A program made the translations under genes and the position numbers. Below the pieces are notes generated by a model. It was not told the origin of the DNA. It worked only from the letters and a program-made list of their open reading frames with translations, and did no database searches. Positions 50,288 through 60,776 of a DNA stretch of 64,000 nucleotides are shown here, piece after piece; within the stretch, counting starts at the first letter, position 1, and each line of letters begins with the position of its first letter. The stretch is from assembly GCA_030841965.1 (NCBI GenBank), contig JAUUSJ010000004.1:3006-67005 (forward strand), read 5' to 3'. The DNA is from Blautia sp. (GTDB taxonomy: Bacteria; Bacillota; Clostridia; Lachnospirales; Lachnospiraceae).

Positions 50288-52840
50288 ATGGCTACAACAA
50301 CGAGAAAAAAAACAACGAGAAATACTCGAAGTACTCGAAAAACTCCTCCAAAGACGACAAAAAGTCGAGAAGAGAATCCGCTGACGGCAGAAATTAAGTT
50401 TATTATCTGTGTCGGAGTATTTATTATTTTAATGCTTAGTAATTTTCATCTCGGCGGTAGGCTTGGAGAGTGGGTTAGTTCTTTTTTCTTTGGAATTTTT
50501 GGAGCTGTCCAATATTTTGTGCCAGTTCTTGGAATTGCAATATCAGGACTTTTAATTTCAAATAGATGTAGTGCGATTTCTATTCGCAAATCCGTATCTT
50601 TATTTGTCTTATTTTCCATGCTTGCGACATTGGCACAGATTTGCGTGGATGCCGATGAGAAGTTGGAACTTGGAATTTTAGGGTATTATCGATATGCCTC
50701 CGAGAATCACTCGGGTGGAGGTTTAATTGGAGGGCTGATATCGTACTGTCTCGTAAATTCAGTCGGTAAGATTGTCGCTGTAATTATTGTTATTTTAGTT
50801 ATCTTGATTTGTATTATTTTTATTACAGAGCGCTCTCTTCTACAGGGAGTTCAGATGCTAAAAGAGGAGTTTTCTATGGCAGATATAGAAGTGAGAGAGC
50901 CAGTTAAGAGAAAAACAGAGAAAAAGAAAACAAAGACGACAAAAAAAGTGGCAGCAGAGGAAAAGGAAAATACCAAAAAGGAGAGTGCTCTTGTTCAAAA
51001 GACAAATGAGTTGAAAAACTTTTTACTGTATGGAAAAGACGGGGAGAGAGAAAAAGAAGAAAATTCTGATAATTCCATCTTTCCAATGAAAGGAAAAGGT
51101 GATATAGTAGAAAAACAAGACCCTGTTTTTCATTTTCATACTGATTTAAATTCAGACTATGAGCAGCTGAATTTTGATTTTGATGAGATGATGGCAAATA
51201 GTCTTGGAACGAAAAAAGAGATAGAAGAAGAGATAAGACCAGAAAATGCAAAGAAAAAAACCGCATCCAAAAGGAGAAAGAAAACGGAGGAGACAGAAAC
51301 TGTGGAGGATGTCTCAAAGGAGATACAAGATAGGGAAGAGGAAGAGAAAAAGACTTATGTATTTCCACCGATTTCTCTTCTGGATGGGGGTAAAAAAAGA
51401 GGTGTTAAGAAAACAGAAAAAGAACAAAGAGAGACGGCTGCAAAGCTCCAGCAGACATTGGAGGATTTCGGGGTTAATGTCACGATGACCGATGTGAGCT
51501 GTGGACCAGCTGTCACCAGGTATGAGATGCAGCCTGAGACCGGAGTGAAGGTGAGCAAGATTTTAGGGTTGACAGACGATATTAAGCTGAATCTTGCAGC
51601 GTCAGATATCCGAATTGAGGCGCCAATTCCAGGAAAGGCGGCGATTGGAATTGAAGTCCCAAATAAAGAAAATACAGTGGTAAAATGCAGAGATATTATT
51701 GAGAGCGAGGCTTTTGTAAAGTTTCCATCCAAACTTGCCTTTGCAGTGGGAAAGGATATCTCAGGAAAACCTGTTATTGCGGATATCGCAAAGATGCCAC
51801 ATTTGCTTATCGCTGGAGCGACAGGCTCAGGAAAGTCTGTCTGTATCAATACGCTGATTATCAGTTTATTGTATAAAGCCACGCCAGATGAGGTGAAGTT
51901 GATTATGATTGACCCGAAGGTGGTGGAGCTTAGTACTTATAACGGGATTCCTCATTTGCTCATTCCAGTTGTCACAGACCCAAAGAAGGCGTCGAGTGCG
52001 TTAAATTGGGCGGTTATGGAGATGACGGACCGATATAAAAAGTTCGCAGAATATGGAGTGAGAAATCTAGAAGGCTATAACCAAAAAGTAGAAGAGATAG
52101 AAAAGCAGAGCAAGGAAAAGGCAAAAGATTTAGAAAAAATGGCGCAGATTGTCATTATTATCGACGAGTTGGCGGATTTAATGATGGTAGCTCCGGGAGA
52201 GGTTGAGGATGCGATTGTCCGATTATCTCAGCTTGCGAGAGCGGCGGGAATTCACCTTGTCATTGCGACGCAGAGACCGTCGGTTAATGTCATCACGGGA
52301 TTAATTAAGGCAAATGTGCCGTCTAGAATTGCATTTGCAGTATCATCAGGAGTGGATTCGAGAACGATTATTGATATGAATGGTGCCGAGAAGCTTCTTG
52401 GAAAGGGTGATATGCTCTTTTATCCGTCGGGATATCAAAAACCAGCCAGAGTGCAGGGAGCTATGGTATCTGACGAGGAAGTCAATGAGGTTGTAGAGTT
52501 TTTGAAAAATCAGCTCGAGCAAAAAGAAAAAGAGTCTGAGAATAATGAGATATTGGAACAGATAGAAAAATCGGCCAATATGGCAAAGGAGAATGAGGAC
52601 AGGGATGAGTATTTCATAGATGCGGCCAAGTTTATTGTAGAGAAGGATAAGGCGTCGATTGGAATGCTGCAAAGAATGTTCAAAATCGGCTTTAACCGGG
52701 CGGCGAGAATTATGGACCAGCTTGCACAAGCTGGCGTTGTCGGACCAGAGGAGGGGACAAAGCCGAGAAAGGTATTAATGTCGCAAGAGGAACTAGAAAA
52801 ATACATAGAAAATCATAATGAAAAGGAGAGAAGCATATGA
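50288..52840 (+). CDS. ftsK: DNA translocase FtsK/SpoIIIE
   Basis: The start at MATTTRKK lies 7 nt after AGGAG. It has N-terminal TM helices, a K/E-rich linker, Walker [10 protein letters not shown], and the gamma wHTH domain [20 protein letters not shown]. Confidence 0.93.
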   Translation: MATTTRKKTTRNTRSTRKTPPKTTKSREENPLTAEIKFIICVGVFIILMLSNFHLGGRLGEWVSSFFFGIFGAVQYFVPVLGIAISGLLISNRCSAISIRKSVSLFVLFSMLATLAQICVDADEKLELGILGYYRYASENHSGGGLIGGLISYCLVNSVGKIVAVIIVILVILICIIFITERSLLQGVQMLKEEFSMADIEVREPVKRKTEKKKTKTTKKVAAEEKENTKKESALVQKTNELKNFLLYGKDGEREKEENSDNSIFPMKGKGDIVEKQDPVFHFHTDLNSDYEQLNFDFDEMMANSLGTKKEIEEEIRPENAKKKTASKRRKKTEETETVEDVSKEIQDREEEEKKTYVFPPISLLDGGKKRGVKKTEKEQRETAAKLQQTLEDFGVNVTMTDVSCGPAVTRYEMQPETGVKVSKILGLTDDIKLNLAASDIRIEAPIPGKAAIGIEVPNKENTVVKCRDIIESEAFVKFPSKLAFAVGKDISGKPVIADIAKMPHLLIAGATGSGKSVCINTLIISLLYKATPDEVKLIMIDPKVVELSTYNGIPHLLIPVVTDPKKASSALNWAVMEMTDRYKKFAEYGVRNLEGYNQKVEEIEKQSKEKAKDLEKMAQIVIIIDELADLMMVAPGEVEDAIVRLSQLARAAGIHLVIATQRPSVNVITGLIKANVPSRIAFAVSSGVDSRTIIDMNGAEKLLGKGDMLFYPSGYQKPARVQGAMVSDEEVNEVVEFLKNQLEQKEKESENNEILEQIEKSANMAKENEDRDEYFIDAAKFIVEKDKASIGMLQRMFKIGFNRAARIMDQLAQAGVVGPEEGTKPRKVLMSQEELEKYIENHNEKERSI

Positions 52841-54507
52841 AATCTGATATTCAAATCGCACAGGAAGCACCAAAACGTCCAATTACAGAAGTTGCAGCTT
52901 CAATTGGAATCAAAGAAGATGATTTAGAGCTTTATGGAAAATATAAGGCAAAATTATCGGACGAGTTTTTAAAATCCATTGAGGATAAGAAGGATGGAAA
53001 GCTTGTGCTTGTGACAGCGATTAATCCAACTCCTGCGGGAGAGGGCAAGACAACGACTAGTATTGGACTTGCACAGGCTTTAAATAAGCTAGATAAGAAG
53101 ACAATTGTCACACTCCGAGAGCCATCACTTGGACCTTGTTTTGGTATTAAGGGAGGAGCAGCAGGAGGAGGATATGCGCAGGTTGTCCCTATGGAGGATT
53201 TGAATCTTCATTTTACAGGAGATTTCCACGCGATTACTTCCGCCAATAACCTTTTGGCTGCCCTGCTCGATAATCATATTCAGCAGGGAAATGAGCTTGG
53301 CATTGATACGAGACAGATTGTCTGGAAGCGCTGTCTTGATATGAATGACAGAGTTCTTCGCCAGATTGTAGTTGGACTTGGCGGCAAGATGGACGGAGTG
53401 ACAAGACAAGATAGTTTTGTCATCACGGTTGCGTCTGAGATTATGGCAATCCTATGCCTTGCATCTGATATGACAGATTTAAAAGAGAGACTTGGAAGAA
53501 TTGTCGTCGCTTATACTTACGACGGAAAGCCAGTAACAGCAAAGGACTTAAAAGCAGTCGGTTCTATGGCGGCTCTCTTAAAGGATGCTCTAAAGCCAAA
53601 CTTAATTCAGACATTAGAGCATACACCAGCGTTTGTCCACGGTGGACCATTTGCCAATATTGCACATGGATGTAATAGTGTGAGAGCGACAAAGGCATCC
53701 CTAAAGCTCGCCGATATTGTTGTTACAGAGGCAGGTTTTGGCGCAGACTTGGGAGCAGAGAAGTTTTTAGATATCAAATGTCGTATGGCGGGGTTAAAGC
53801 CAGATGCAGTTGTGCTCGTGGCGACTGTGCGTGCCCTAAAATATAACGGCGGTGTAAAAAAAGCAGATTTGGGCGAGGAAAATATCGACGCACTGAGCAA
53901 GGGTATCGAGAATCTGGAAAAACATATCGAGAACCTCAAAAAATATAAAGTGCCAGTTGTTGTGACATTAAACCGCTTTGTGAGCGATACGGATGCTGAG
54001 CTTGAGTTTGTAAGACATTTCTGCGAGGACAGAGAATGTGAGTTTGCGCTCTCAGAAGTATGGGAAAAAGGCGGAGAGGGCGGAATTGACCTCGCCAACG
54101 CTGTTATCCGTACTTTGGAGACAAAAGAAAGTAATTTTGAAGTCTTATATGACGAGAATGACTCGATTGAGAATAAGATTCACACAATTGCGACAGAGAT
54201 TTACGGCGCAGACGGTGTAAATTATACGGCATTGGCAAAGAAGCAGATGAAGCAGCTCACAGACTTAGGATTTGATAAGCTTCCAATCTGTATGGCGAAG
54301 AATCAGTATTCTTTATCTGACGATGCCACAAAGCTTGGAAGACCAAGAGATTTTGAGATTACTATCCGAGAGATGTACGTATCTGCCGGCGCTGGATTTA
54401 TTGTGGCGCTCACAGGAAGCATTATGACAATGCCTGGACTTCCAAAACAGCCAGCCGCATTTAATATTGATGTGGATGAGAATGGAGTTATTACAGGATT
54501 ATTTTAG
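52837..54507 (+). CDS. fhs: Formate-tetrahydrofolate ligase
   Basis: 556 aa. [11 protein letters not shown]-loop. The ATG overlaps the ftsK stop (ATGA). Confidence 0.97.
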   Translation: MKSDIQIAQEAPKRPITEVAASIGIKEDDLELYGKYKAKLSDEFLKSIEDKKDGKLVLVTAINPTPAGEGKTTTSIGLAQALNKLDKKTIVTLREPSLGPCFGIKGGAAGGGYAQVVPMEDLNLHFTGDFHAITSANNLLAALLDNHIQQGNELGIDTRQIVWKRCLDMNDRVLRQIVVGLGGKMDGVTRQDSFVITVASEIMAILCLASDMTDLKERLGRIVVAYTYDGKPVTAKDLKAVGSMAALLKDALKPNLIQTLEHTPAFVHGGPFANIAHGCNSVRATKASLKLADIVVTEAGFGADLGAEKFLDIKCRMAGLKPDAVVLVATVRALKYNGGVKKADLGEENIDALSKGIENLEKHIENLKKYKVPVVVTLNRFVSDTDAELEFVRHFCEDRECEFALSEVWEKGGEGGIDLANAVIRTLETKESNFEVLYDENDSIENKIHTIATEIYGADGVNYTALAKKQMKQLTDLGFDKLPICMAKNQYSLSDDATKLGRPRDFEITIREMYVSAGAGFIVALTGSIMTMPGLPKQPAAFNIDVDENGVITGLF

Positions 54508-54579
54508 AAAACAGTGATTTGTTTGCAGTTGGCTACTTGATATGAAGTAGCCAACTAAGTACTAGATAAAGGAGTAAAA

Positions 54580-55446
54580 ATGGCGACTTTAATAGATGGA
54601 AAGAAAGTTTCTGCCACCTTAAAAGAGGAATTAAAAGAGCAGGTGGCGAAGTTAAAAGAACAGGGAATTACGGTAACCTTGGCAGTCATTCAAGTAGGGG
54701 AGGATAAGGCATCCTCTGTGTATGTAGGAAATAAGAAAAAGGCATGTGCCTATATTGGAATTGAGTCCCTATCTTATCATCTGCCTGAGACAGTGAAGGA
54801 GGAGGAATTACTCGACCTGATTCAAAAATTAAATGAGGATGAGGCAGTCAATGGAATTTTAGTACAGCTTCCTCTTCCAAAGCATATCGATGAGGATAAG
54901 ATAATTAAGGCGATTTCACCAAAAAAAGATGTGGATGGATTTCATCCTCAGAGTGTCGGAGCTTTGAGTATCGGACAAGAGGGATTTGTATCTTGCACTC
55001 CAGCTGGAATCATCGAATTACTAAAGAGATATGAGATTGAGATTTCTGGAAAGGAATGTGTTGTAATCGGAAGAAGCAATATTGTCGGAAAGCCGATGGC
55101 ACTTTTATTGCTTCGAGAGAATGGAACGGTTACAGTTTGTCACTCAAAGACAAAGGATTTAAGAGAAGTGGCAAAGAGAGCCGATATTTTAATAGTGGCA
55201 ATCGGAAAACCAAAATTTATTGATAGCTCCTATATCAAAGACGGGGCTGTTGTCATCGATGTCGGAATTCACAGAAATGAAAAGAATAAGCTCTGTGGAG
55301 ATGTAGATTTTGAGTCGGCAAAGGAGAAGGCTTCCTATATCACTCCAGTGCCAGGCGGTGTCGGACCGATGACAATCGCAATGCTGATGAATAATTGTGT
55401 TCAGGCAGCCTTGATGGAGCAGAGGGAGAAAAATAAATGTCTATGA
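54580..55446 (+). CDS. folD: Bifunctional methylenetetrahydrofolate dehydrogenase/cyclohydrolase
   Basis: SxxYVxxK (SSVYVGNKKK), GRSNIVGKPMA and PVPGGVGPMT motifs. Confidence 0.96.
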   Translation: MATLIDGKKVSATLKEELKEQVAKLKEQGITVTLAVIQVGEDKASSVYVGNKKKACAYIGIESLSYHLPETVKEEELLDLIQKLNEDEAVNGILVQLPLPKHIDEDKIIKAISPKKDVDGFHPQSVGALSIGQEGFVSCTPAGIIELLKRYEIEISGKECVVIGRSNIVGKPMALLLLRENGTVTVCHSKTKDLREVAKRADILIVAIGKPKFIDSSYIKDGAVVIDVGIHRNEKNKLCGDVDFESAKEKASYITPVPGGVGPMTIAMLMNNCVQAALMEQREKNKCL

Positions 55447-56789
55447 AACTATCGTTTATTTCCCTTGGCTGTGACAAAAACCTCGTAGACAGTGAGAAAA
55501 TGCTCACATTAGTGAGCAATGCTGGATATGAGGTTGTGGCTGAGGGGGAGGATGCAGATATTATTGTCATTAATACATGCTGTTTTATCCATGATGCGAA
55601 GGAAGAGAGTATTGAGACAATCTTGGAAGTGGCAGAGCGAAAGAAAGAGGGCTCTATTCAGGGAATTATCGTGACTGGATGTCTGGCCGAGCGCTATAAA
55701 GAGGAGATTCAAGAAGAGATAGAAGAGGTGGACAGTGTCCTTGGAACGGCAAGCTACGCAGAGATTGTGAGGGCGATAACGGCGATTGAGCAGAAGAAAA
55801 AATACAATAAATTCACGGATTTGAAAGCTCCTCTCGAGAGAGAGAGCCTAAAGAGAATCTCGACATCGGGCAGTTACTTGGCTTATCTTAAGATAGCCGA
55901 GGGATGCAATAAGGGATGCTCTTACTGTATTATTCCAAAAGTCCGAGGACCGTTTCGTAGTTTTACGATGGAGCAGCTTTTGGAGGAGGCAAATGATTTG
56001 GCTTCTCAGGGAGCGAAGGAGTTAATTCTTGTAGCTCAGGAGACAACTCTCTACGGTGTGGACCTGTACGGAGAAAAAAAGCTCCCAGAATTGCTCAGAC
56101 GACTCTGCAAGGTGGAGGGAATCGAGTGGATTCGTCTCTTATATGCGTATCCAGAGGAGATTACCGAGGAGTTAATTCAAGTGATGAAGGAAGAGGAAAA
56201 GATTTGTTCTTATATTGATATGCCGATTCAACATGCGAGTGACGCTGTACTTAAGAGAATGGGTAGAAGGACGAGTCAGGAGGAGCTTCGAGAAAAGATA
56301 GCTCTTCTTCGCAGGGAGATTCCAGATATTGCAATTCGGACAACTTTAATTTCTGGATTTCCGGGAGAGACAGAGGAAGACCAGGAAATTCAGCTTAATT
56401 TTGTAAATGAGATGGAGTTTGACCGTCTGGGCGTCTTCCCTTACTCGAGAGAAGAGGGAACGAGAGCCGATAAGATGGATGGTCAGGTGGACGAGGAGAC
56501 AAAATTAAGAAGACGAGATGAGATTATGGCATTGCAGCAGGAGATTTCTTACGAGAAAAATGAGTCCCTCGTCGGAAAAACGATAAAAGTATTAGTAGAA
56601 GGTTACTTATACGAGGAAGAAATTTACGTAGGAAGAAGTGAGAAGGACGCTCCGAAGGTGGATGGATGTGTATTTTTCACTTCAGAGAAGGAAGTAATCT
56701 CGGGGGATTTTGTCTTTGTAAAAATTACAGAATCCAACGAGTATGATTTGATAGGAGATGTTGTATATGGAGATGAACTTACCAAATAA
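55437..56789 (+). CDS. rimO: Ribosomal protein S12 methylthiotransferase
   Basis: UPF0004 domain (SLGCDKN...NTCCF), radical-SAM CNKGCSYCIIP and a TRAM domain. Confidence 0.9.
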   Translation: MSMKLSFISLGCDKNLVDSEKMLTLVSNAGYEVVAEGEDADIIVINTCCFIHDAKEESIETILEVAERKKEGSIQGIIVTGCLAERYKEEIQEEIEEVDSVLGTASYAEIVRAITAIEQKKKYNKFTDLKAPLERESLKRISTSGSYLAYLKIAEGCNKGCSYCIIPKVRGPFRSFTMEQLLEEANDLASQGAKELILVAQETTLYGVDLYGEKKLPELLRRLCKVEGIEWIRLLYAYPEEITEELIQVMKEEEKICSYIDMPIQHASDAVLKRMGRRTSQEELREKIALLRREIPDIAIRTTLISGFPGETEEDQEIQLNFVNEMEFDRLGVFPYSREEGTRADKMDGQVDEETKLRRRDEIMALQQEISYEKNESLVGKTIKVLVEGYLYEEEIYVGRSEKDAPKVDGCVFFTSEKEVISGDFVFVKITESNEYDLIGDVVYGDELTK

Positions 56790-57321
56790 ATTGACGATAC
56801 TAAGAGTATTGATGATTCCATTTTTTGTATTTTTTATGTTAATTGAGCCAGGTACAGTGCCACATTCAAACTGGATTGCTTTAGTTCTTTTTGCATTGGC
56901 GAGTTTTACGGATTATCTGGACGGTCATATTGCGAGAAAGCATAATCTTGTTACGAATTTTGGAAAATTCATGGACCCTTTGGCTGATAAGCTGCTCGTA
57001 TGTTCTGCGTTTATCTGTCTTGTAGACCAGGGACGTCTGGAAGCTTGGATTGCGATTATTATTATTGCGCGAGAGTTTATTATCAGTGGTTTTCGGCTTG
57101 TCGCTTCCGATAACGGAATTGTCATCGCTGCAAGCTACTGGGGAAAGGCAAAGACGGTTTCTCAGATGTTTATGATTATGCTCTTGATTTTACAACTACC
57201 TGGAACAGTAGTGCCAATTTTAGAAAATATTTTAAAATATGTAGCATTGATTTTGACGATTGTATCGCTTGTTGATTATATCGCTAAAAATATCAATGTC
57301 CTAAAGGAAAGTGGAAGATAA
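56767..57321 (+). CDS. pgsA: CDP-diacylglycerol-glycerol-3-phosphate 3-phosphatidyltransferase
   Basis: CDP-alcohol phosphotransferase motif DYLDGHIARKHNLVTNFGKFMDPLADK. I chose the start at MEMNLPNK (9 nt after GGAG); 56758 or 56773 are also possible. Confidence 0.9.
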   Translation: MEMNLPNKLTILRVLMIPFFVFFMLIEPGTVPHSNWIALVLFALASFTDYLDGHIARKHNLVTNFGKFMDPLADKLLVCSAFICLVDQGRLEAWIAIIIIAREFIISGFRLVASDNGIVIAASYWGKAKTVSQMFMIMLLILQLPGTVVPILENILKYVALILTIVSLVDYIAKNINVLKESGR

Positions 57322-57411
57322 GAAGTAAAAAACAGGGAAAGGAATAAGAGAAATATCGACCGTACGGTTTATATTTTCACCAGAATATGATTTCTGGTTT
57401 AGGACGAAAAG

Positions 57412-58650
57412 ATGAATGTAGAGCTTATTTCTGTTGGAACAGAGTTTTTGATTGGTAAGTCAATTAATACAAATACATTTTATTTGGCGGAGCGTCTTTC
57501 TTCACTTGGATATCAGGTGAATGAGCAGATTGTAGTGGGAGATGAGATTAGTCAGATTCAGCGAGCTCTAAAGGGTTCTATCGAGCGCTCCGATATTGTT
57601 TTTGTCATGGGTGGTCTTGGTGCGATGAAAGACGATGTCACGAAAAAGGCAGTTGTCGAGGCTCTAGATATTCCACTTGTAGAAAATCCAATAGTAAAAA
57701 ATCAGATTAAAAATCGATTTGAGGATATATCGAAAGTTTCTCAAAATATTTGGAGACAGGCGATGACTCCAAAGGGAGCAGTACTTTTAGAGAATAAGCA
57801 AGATATTATCCCTGGTTTTATTATATCTTTTGAGGGAAAAAAGATTATCTTGCTTCCAGGAAATCCAAAACAGTTAAAACAGATAGTGGACCAAAAAGTA
57901 ATGCTCTATCTAAAGGATTGGCAGCCTAGCATTATCTGCTCTGAGATTATAAAAATTATGGGAGTGACCGAACAAGATGTCATGGAGAAGCTTGGGAACT
58001 TGATGGAGAGTGAGAACCCTAAAATTACAACCTACTCTCACACGGGGGAAGTTCATCTTCGTATTATCGCTAAGACCGATTCAAAGAAAGACGGGAAAAA
58101 GCTTGTCGCTCCGATTTTGGAGGAGATAAAAAACTGTTTTGGAAATCTAGTCTACTCGACAAAGGAAGAGGAGACACTTGAGGAGAATGTCGTATCTCTC
58201 TTAAAGAAATATAATATTACTGTATCTACGGCTGAGTCTTGTACCGGCGGATGTCTGGCAGGAAGGCTTGTAAATATATCTGGTGTATCCAATGTCTTTG
58301 GACAGGGCTTCATTACTTACTCGAATAAGGCGAAGAAAAAACTAATCGGAGTAAGCAAAAATACATTGAAAAAGCACGGCGCTGTATCCAAACAGACTGC
58401 GAAGGAGATGGCAGAGGGAGTCTCTGTCACGACAGGTTCCGATGTGGGAATCGGTATTACAGGCATTGCAGGTCCGGAGGGCGGCACAGACGAGAAGCCA
58501 GTGGGTCTTGTCTATATTGGATGCTATGTGAAAGAGAAGGCAATTGCGAGAGAGTATCATTTTGTTGGAGATAGAAACGATATCAGAGAACAGTCTGTTA
58601 TGGCGGCACTCGCACTTCTTAGGACAACGATTTTGGATAATTATAAATAG
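57412..58650 (+). CDS. cinA: Competence/damage-inducible protein CinA (MoCF-binding domain plus PncC-type NMN deamidase domain)
   Basis: MNVELISVGTE...N-terminal CinA pattern and C-terminal TAESCTGG. Confidence 0.92.
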   Translation: MNVELISVGTEFLIGKSINTNTFYLAERLSSLGYQVNEQIVVGDEISQIQRALKGSIERSDIVFVMGGLGAMKDDVTKKAVVEALDIPLVENPIVKNQIKNRFEDISKVSQNIWRQAMTPKGAVLLENKQDIIPGFIISFEGKKIILLPGNPKQLKQIVDQKVMLYLKDWQPSIICSEIIKIMGVTEQDVMEKLGNLMESENPKITTYSHTGEVHLRIIAKTDSKKDGKKLVAPILEEIKNCFGNLVYSTKEEETLEENVVSLLKKYNITVSTAESCTGGCLAGRLVNISGVSNVFGQGFITYSNKAKKKLIGVSKNTLKKHGAVSKQTAKEMAEGVSVTTGSDVGIGITGIAGPEGGTDEKPVGLVYIGCYVKEKAIAREYHFVGDRNDIREQSVMAALALLRTTILDNYK

Positions 58651-58659
58651 GTTTAAAAG

Positions 58660-58700
58660 AGTCATTATCTTCGAGAATAAGAAGATAGTGACTTTTTTTA
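58660..58700 (+). terminator. Intrinsic terminator of cinA, and the last clearly chromosomal feature
   Basis: 13-bp hairpin AGTCATTATCTTC/GAAGATAGTGACT followed by TTTTTTT. Confidence 0.85.
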
Positions 58701-58885
58701 TGAAATTATACTAGGGTCAAAAGGTTGGAAATTCGATACAAGCTTGTTTGTGAGAATATTTAGAAAATAGACATAGAATTATAAACATTTTTTCAAGAAA
58801 CCGCATGAACACTTGATTTCAGAGCTTAAAAAATCTAAAAATCAAAGATTTTACGACAGATTTACGACAAAATTTTCAAAAACAT

Positions 58886-58939
58886 AAAAAGACAGGGTGG
58901 AAAGTCCAAAATATAGATTCTCTATCCCTGTCTTTTTTG
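58886..58939. terminator. Bidirectional terminator (serves the minus-strand DUF1492 gene)
   Basis: GACAGGG ... CCCTGTC closes a branched loop, with AAAAA on the left and TTTTTT on the right. Confidence 0.6.
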
Positions 58940-59025
58940 TTTGCTATTTCATATATGTCAGCAAAGGCATGTTCCCATTTTGGGAATCTGCTATATCAAT
59001 TATTTGCTATCTAACATTTGCTCGG

Positions 59026-59445
59026 TCAAGATGCATCCCTATTTTGGGACTCCATTATGTTTGCTCGGTCAAGTACTTTTTGAAATTCTTTTAGGGCTTG
59101 TTTATGCAAAGCAATGGTATAGTGGCAACAATATCCTATTTCACTCCCTATCATCTCATAAGCCTTATGTTCTATGTATCGCTTATAGAGGATAGCAGAG
59201 AGCCTTTTGTCTGGCATCTTTTTGAGCTGGTCTATCACTTCTAATTTTAGTTTTCCAGTCTCTTCTATCTCTTCATCTATCTTTCTCTCTTTTTCCTTTA
59301 TGCGCTCGGATAAGGTATCAAGAGCTTTTCCAGTGCCACCAGAGGTATTATGTAGTATCTCTTCTAGGTATTCCTTGCAGGCTGTTAGGTTGTGGATGGT
59401 GGCGTCTTTACTTTTTACTTGCTGTAAATATTCTTTGGCTGTCAC
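59026..59445 (-). CDS. DUF1492-like phage transcriptional regulator (sigma-70 region-4-like HTH)
   Basis: GTG start 8 nt after AGGAGGG. The N-terminus MTAKEYLQQ and C-terminal LYKRYIEHKAYEMIGSEIGYCCHYTIALHKQALKEF match the phage DUF1492 / late-activator pattern as I remember it. Confidence 0.7.
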   Translation of the reverse strand: MTAKEYLQQVKSKDATIHNLTACKEYLEEILHNTSGGTGKALDTLSERIKEKERKIDEEIEETGKLKLEVIDQLKKMPDKRLSAILYKRYIEHKAYEMIGSEIGYCCHYTIALHKQALKEFQKVLDRANIMESQNRDAS

Positions 59446-59551
59446 GGCTTTTACCCTCCTAGATATGGTTTTGTTTGGAGATTAGTATACATGATTTTGG
59501 GAGTGTTGGGAACAGCCTTATTTGAAACTTGTATGACATCCTTTCTTTTAA

Positions 59552-59586
59552 CGAACTGGTATTCACAACACTAGTTCGATTTTTTA
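59552..59586 (+). terminator. Intrinsic terminator (repeat family T, copy 1)
   Basis: CGAACTGG/CTAGTTCG hairpin followed by ATTTTTT. It is homologous to 61039-61069. Confidence 0.5.
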
Positions 59587-59912
59587 GTTTCTTGTGAAAT
59601 ACTAAGTTTTACTAACCTCTAGTTTTTCAATTTCTTCAATTTCTTCTCAAATGTTGGATTTTGTAAGGTTCTCACATCCCTATTCTCAAGTACCGAAATG
59701 GTAGCAGGACAAAAAGAAGAGGAAGAGGACAAGGGGGTAACGAATTGTTATCGAGTTTGGGACAGCTAAGTTTCTGCTGCCAAATTAAGATATCTGTAGA
59801 GTTCTGTATAAGCTTTATATTTGCTCTTATTTGGCTTTTAGGTGGTGAATGGAGTATTCCAGCCGTTACAAGAAAAAGCAATCTAAAGGCAAATTTAGGG
59901 TGTCTGAGAACA

Positions 59913-59954
59913 ACAAAAAAGAGTACCAAAACAGGGGGATAACGTTTGGTACTC
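59913..59954 (-). terminator. Intrinsic terminator on the minus strand
   Basis: Read on the minus strand: GAGTACCAAAC ... GTTTTGGTACTC followed by TTTTTTGTTGTT. Confidence 0.6.
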
Positions 59955-60177
59955 TAATGATATATTGACATATGGGGAAGTGTTGAATCACTTTCTTTAT
60001 TATCTCACATTTGTTTGGAAAAAGCAAGGAAAAATGAACACCAGTTCTTTAAAAATATGCTATTCTATCATTTCAAGTGTACTAAATATGTCAAAATGTG
60101 ACATGTTTATGCCATATGAAATAATGCTCTATGGTGAATGGTACGGAATGATAAAGAATGATAAAGCATTTTCCCTC

Positions 60178-60206
60178 TTGCAATACTTGGCTTAATGTGC
60201 TATAGT
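60178..60206 (+). promoter_or_regulatory. Promoter of antisense RNA 1
   Basis: TTGCAA, a 17-nt spacer ending CTTAATGTGC, and TATAGT. It is nearly identical to the promoter at 60563-60591. Confidence 0.6.
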
Positions 60207-60212
60207 AGGGGT

Positions 60213-60360
60213 ATAAAAATAACCGCCGCTATGTGGTAGATAGTGACGGTTAAAGGAAAACCAGAAGATAGATGAAGCCTATCCGCTCTGGTATTAAGTT
60301 AACAGTTACAAAATGCAAGCTGCCTACTCGAGCCAAGAGACAAGGCGGCTTGCTTATTTT
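60213..60360 (+). ncRNA. Candidate antitoxin sRNA 1 (SR4-like), convergent with toxin 1
   Basis: It runs from the promoter above to the hairpin GCAAGCTGCC...GGCGGCTTGC plus TTATTTT (60315-60360), which overlaps the toxin-1 stop codon. A 5' hairpin at 60222-60250 carries the conserved loop ATGTGGTAG. Confidence 0.4.
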
Positions 60361-60431
60361 CTATAATTCAAAATTGCTACAATGAGCAAAGCTACGCTCA
60401 CAATTAAGCTTAACTCTTCGTATGTAGTCAT
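60354..60431 (-). CDS. Candidate type I toxin peptide, BsrG / Hol-Tox-like (25 aa)
   Basis: MTTYEELSLIVSVALLIVAILNYRK. It has a purine-rich SD (AAAGGGTGAGG) and its own promoter, and it is a single hydrophobic helix with a basic tail. It is below the size cutoff of the ORF track. Confidence 0.55.
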   Translation of the reverse strand: MTTYEELSLIVSVALLIVAILNYRK

Positions 60432-60494
60432 AAGCCTCACCCTTTCTACGGAATAGAACGGATGACTGCACGCCTTTCTGATTTTCCTGTGTAA

Positions 60495-60523
60495 AGTATA
60501 GCATAATGAAACTCTATGAGCAA
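60495..60523 (-). promoter_or_regulatory. Promoter of the toxin-1 mRNA
   Basis: Minus strand: TTGCTC, a 17-nt spacer, and TATACT. This gives a leader of about 57 nt. Confidence 0.55.
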
Positions 60524-60562
60524 CCATAAAACATGATAAAGTATCATGAGTGAATTTTTTGG

Positions 60563-60591
60563 TTGCAATATTTATCTTAATGTGCTATATT
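60563..60591 (+). promoter_or_regulatory. Promoter of antisense RNA 2
   Basis: TTGCAA, a 17-nt spacer ending CTTAATGTGC, and TATATT. Confidence 0.6.
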
Positions 60592-60597
60592 AAAGAC

Positions 60598-60697
60598 AGA
60601 AAAAGGGAAAGCCAAAGCGACTTACCCTTATAAATAATAAGTGACTATTTTTTTATATAGTCGCCATTATGTGGTAGTGATGGCGACTACTTTTTCC
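60598..60697 (+). ncRNA. Candidate antitoxin sRNA 2 (SR4-like), convergent with toxin 2
   Basis: It has a 5' hairpin GGGAAAG...CTTACCC. Its 3' terminator hairpin TAGTCGCCATTA/TGATGGCGACTA (loop contains ATGTGGTAG) plus CTTTTT overlaps the toxin-2 stop codon. Confidence 0.45.
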
Positions 60698-60776
60698 CCT
60701 TGAATATCTGATAACACAGACCTACAAGGGAAATAAGAACTATGGTAAATTCAAACAAATCTGAATATGTAACCAT
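60687..60776 (-). CDS. Candidate type I toxin peptide, BsrG / Hol-Tox-like (29 aa)
   Basis: MVTYSDLFEFTIVLISLVGLCYQIFKGKK. AGGAGGGG lies 7 nt upstream of the ATG, and the structured ~85-nt leader contains an anti-SD. Confidence 0.6.
   Translation of the reverse strand: MVTYSDLFEFTIVLISLVGLCYQIFKGKK

Noticed and set aside
54527-54556. Perfect 12-13 bp hairpin between fhs and folD, considered as a terminator or THF riboswitch
   Set aside because: No U-tract follows it, and it is too small and simple for a THF riboswitch. It is probably an mRNA-stabilising or processing stem.
58897-59195. Plus-strand ORFs 58897..59094 and 58941..59195
   Set aside because: They begin inside a terminator, overlap the DUF1492 gene on the opposite strand, and have no SD.
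59672-59929. 85-aa minus-strand ORF and its apparent paralogue 61130..61339; also 59745..59942, 59965..60195, 61500..61727 and 62308..62532
   Set aside because: None has an SD. The homology between the two copies is interrupted by an 11-nt indel that is not a multiple of three. They run through predicted terminators and promoters. I treated them as non-coding or decayed sequence.
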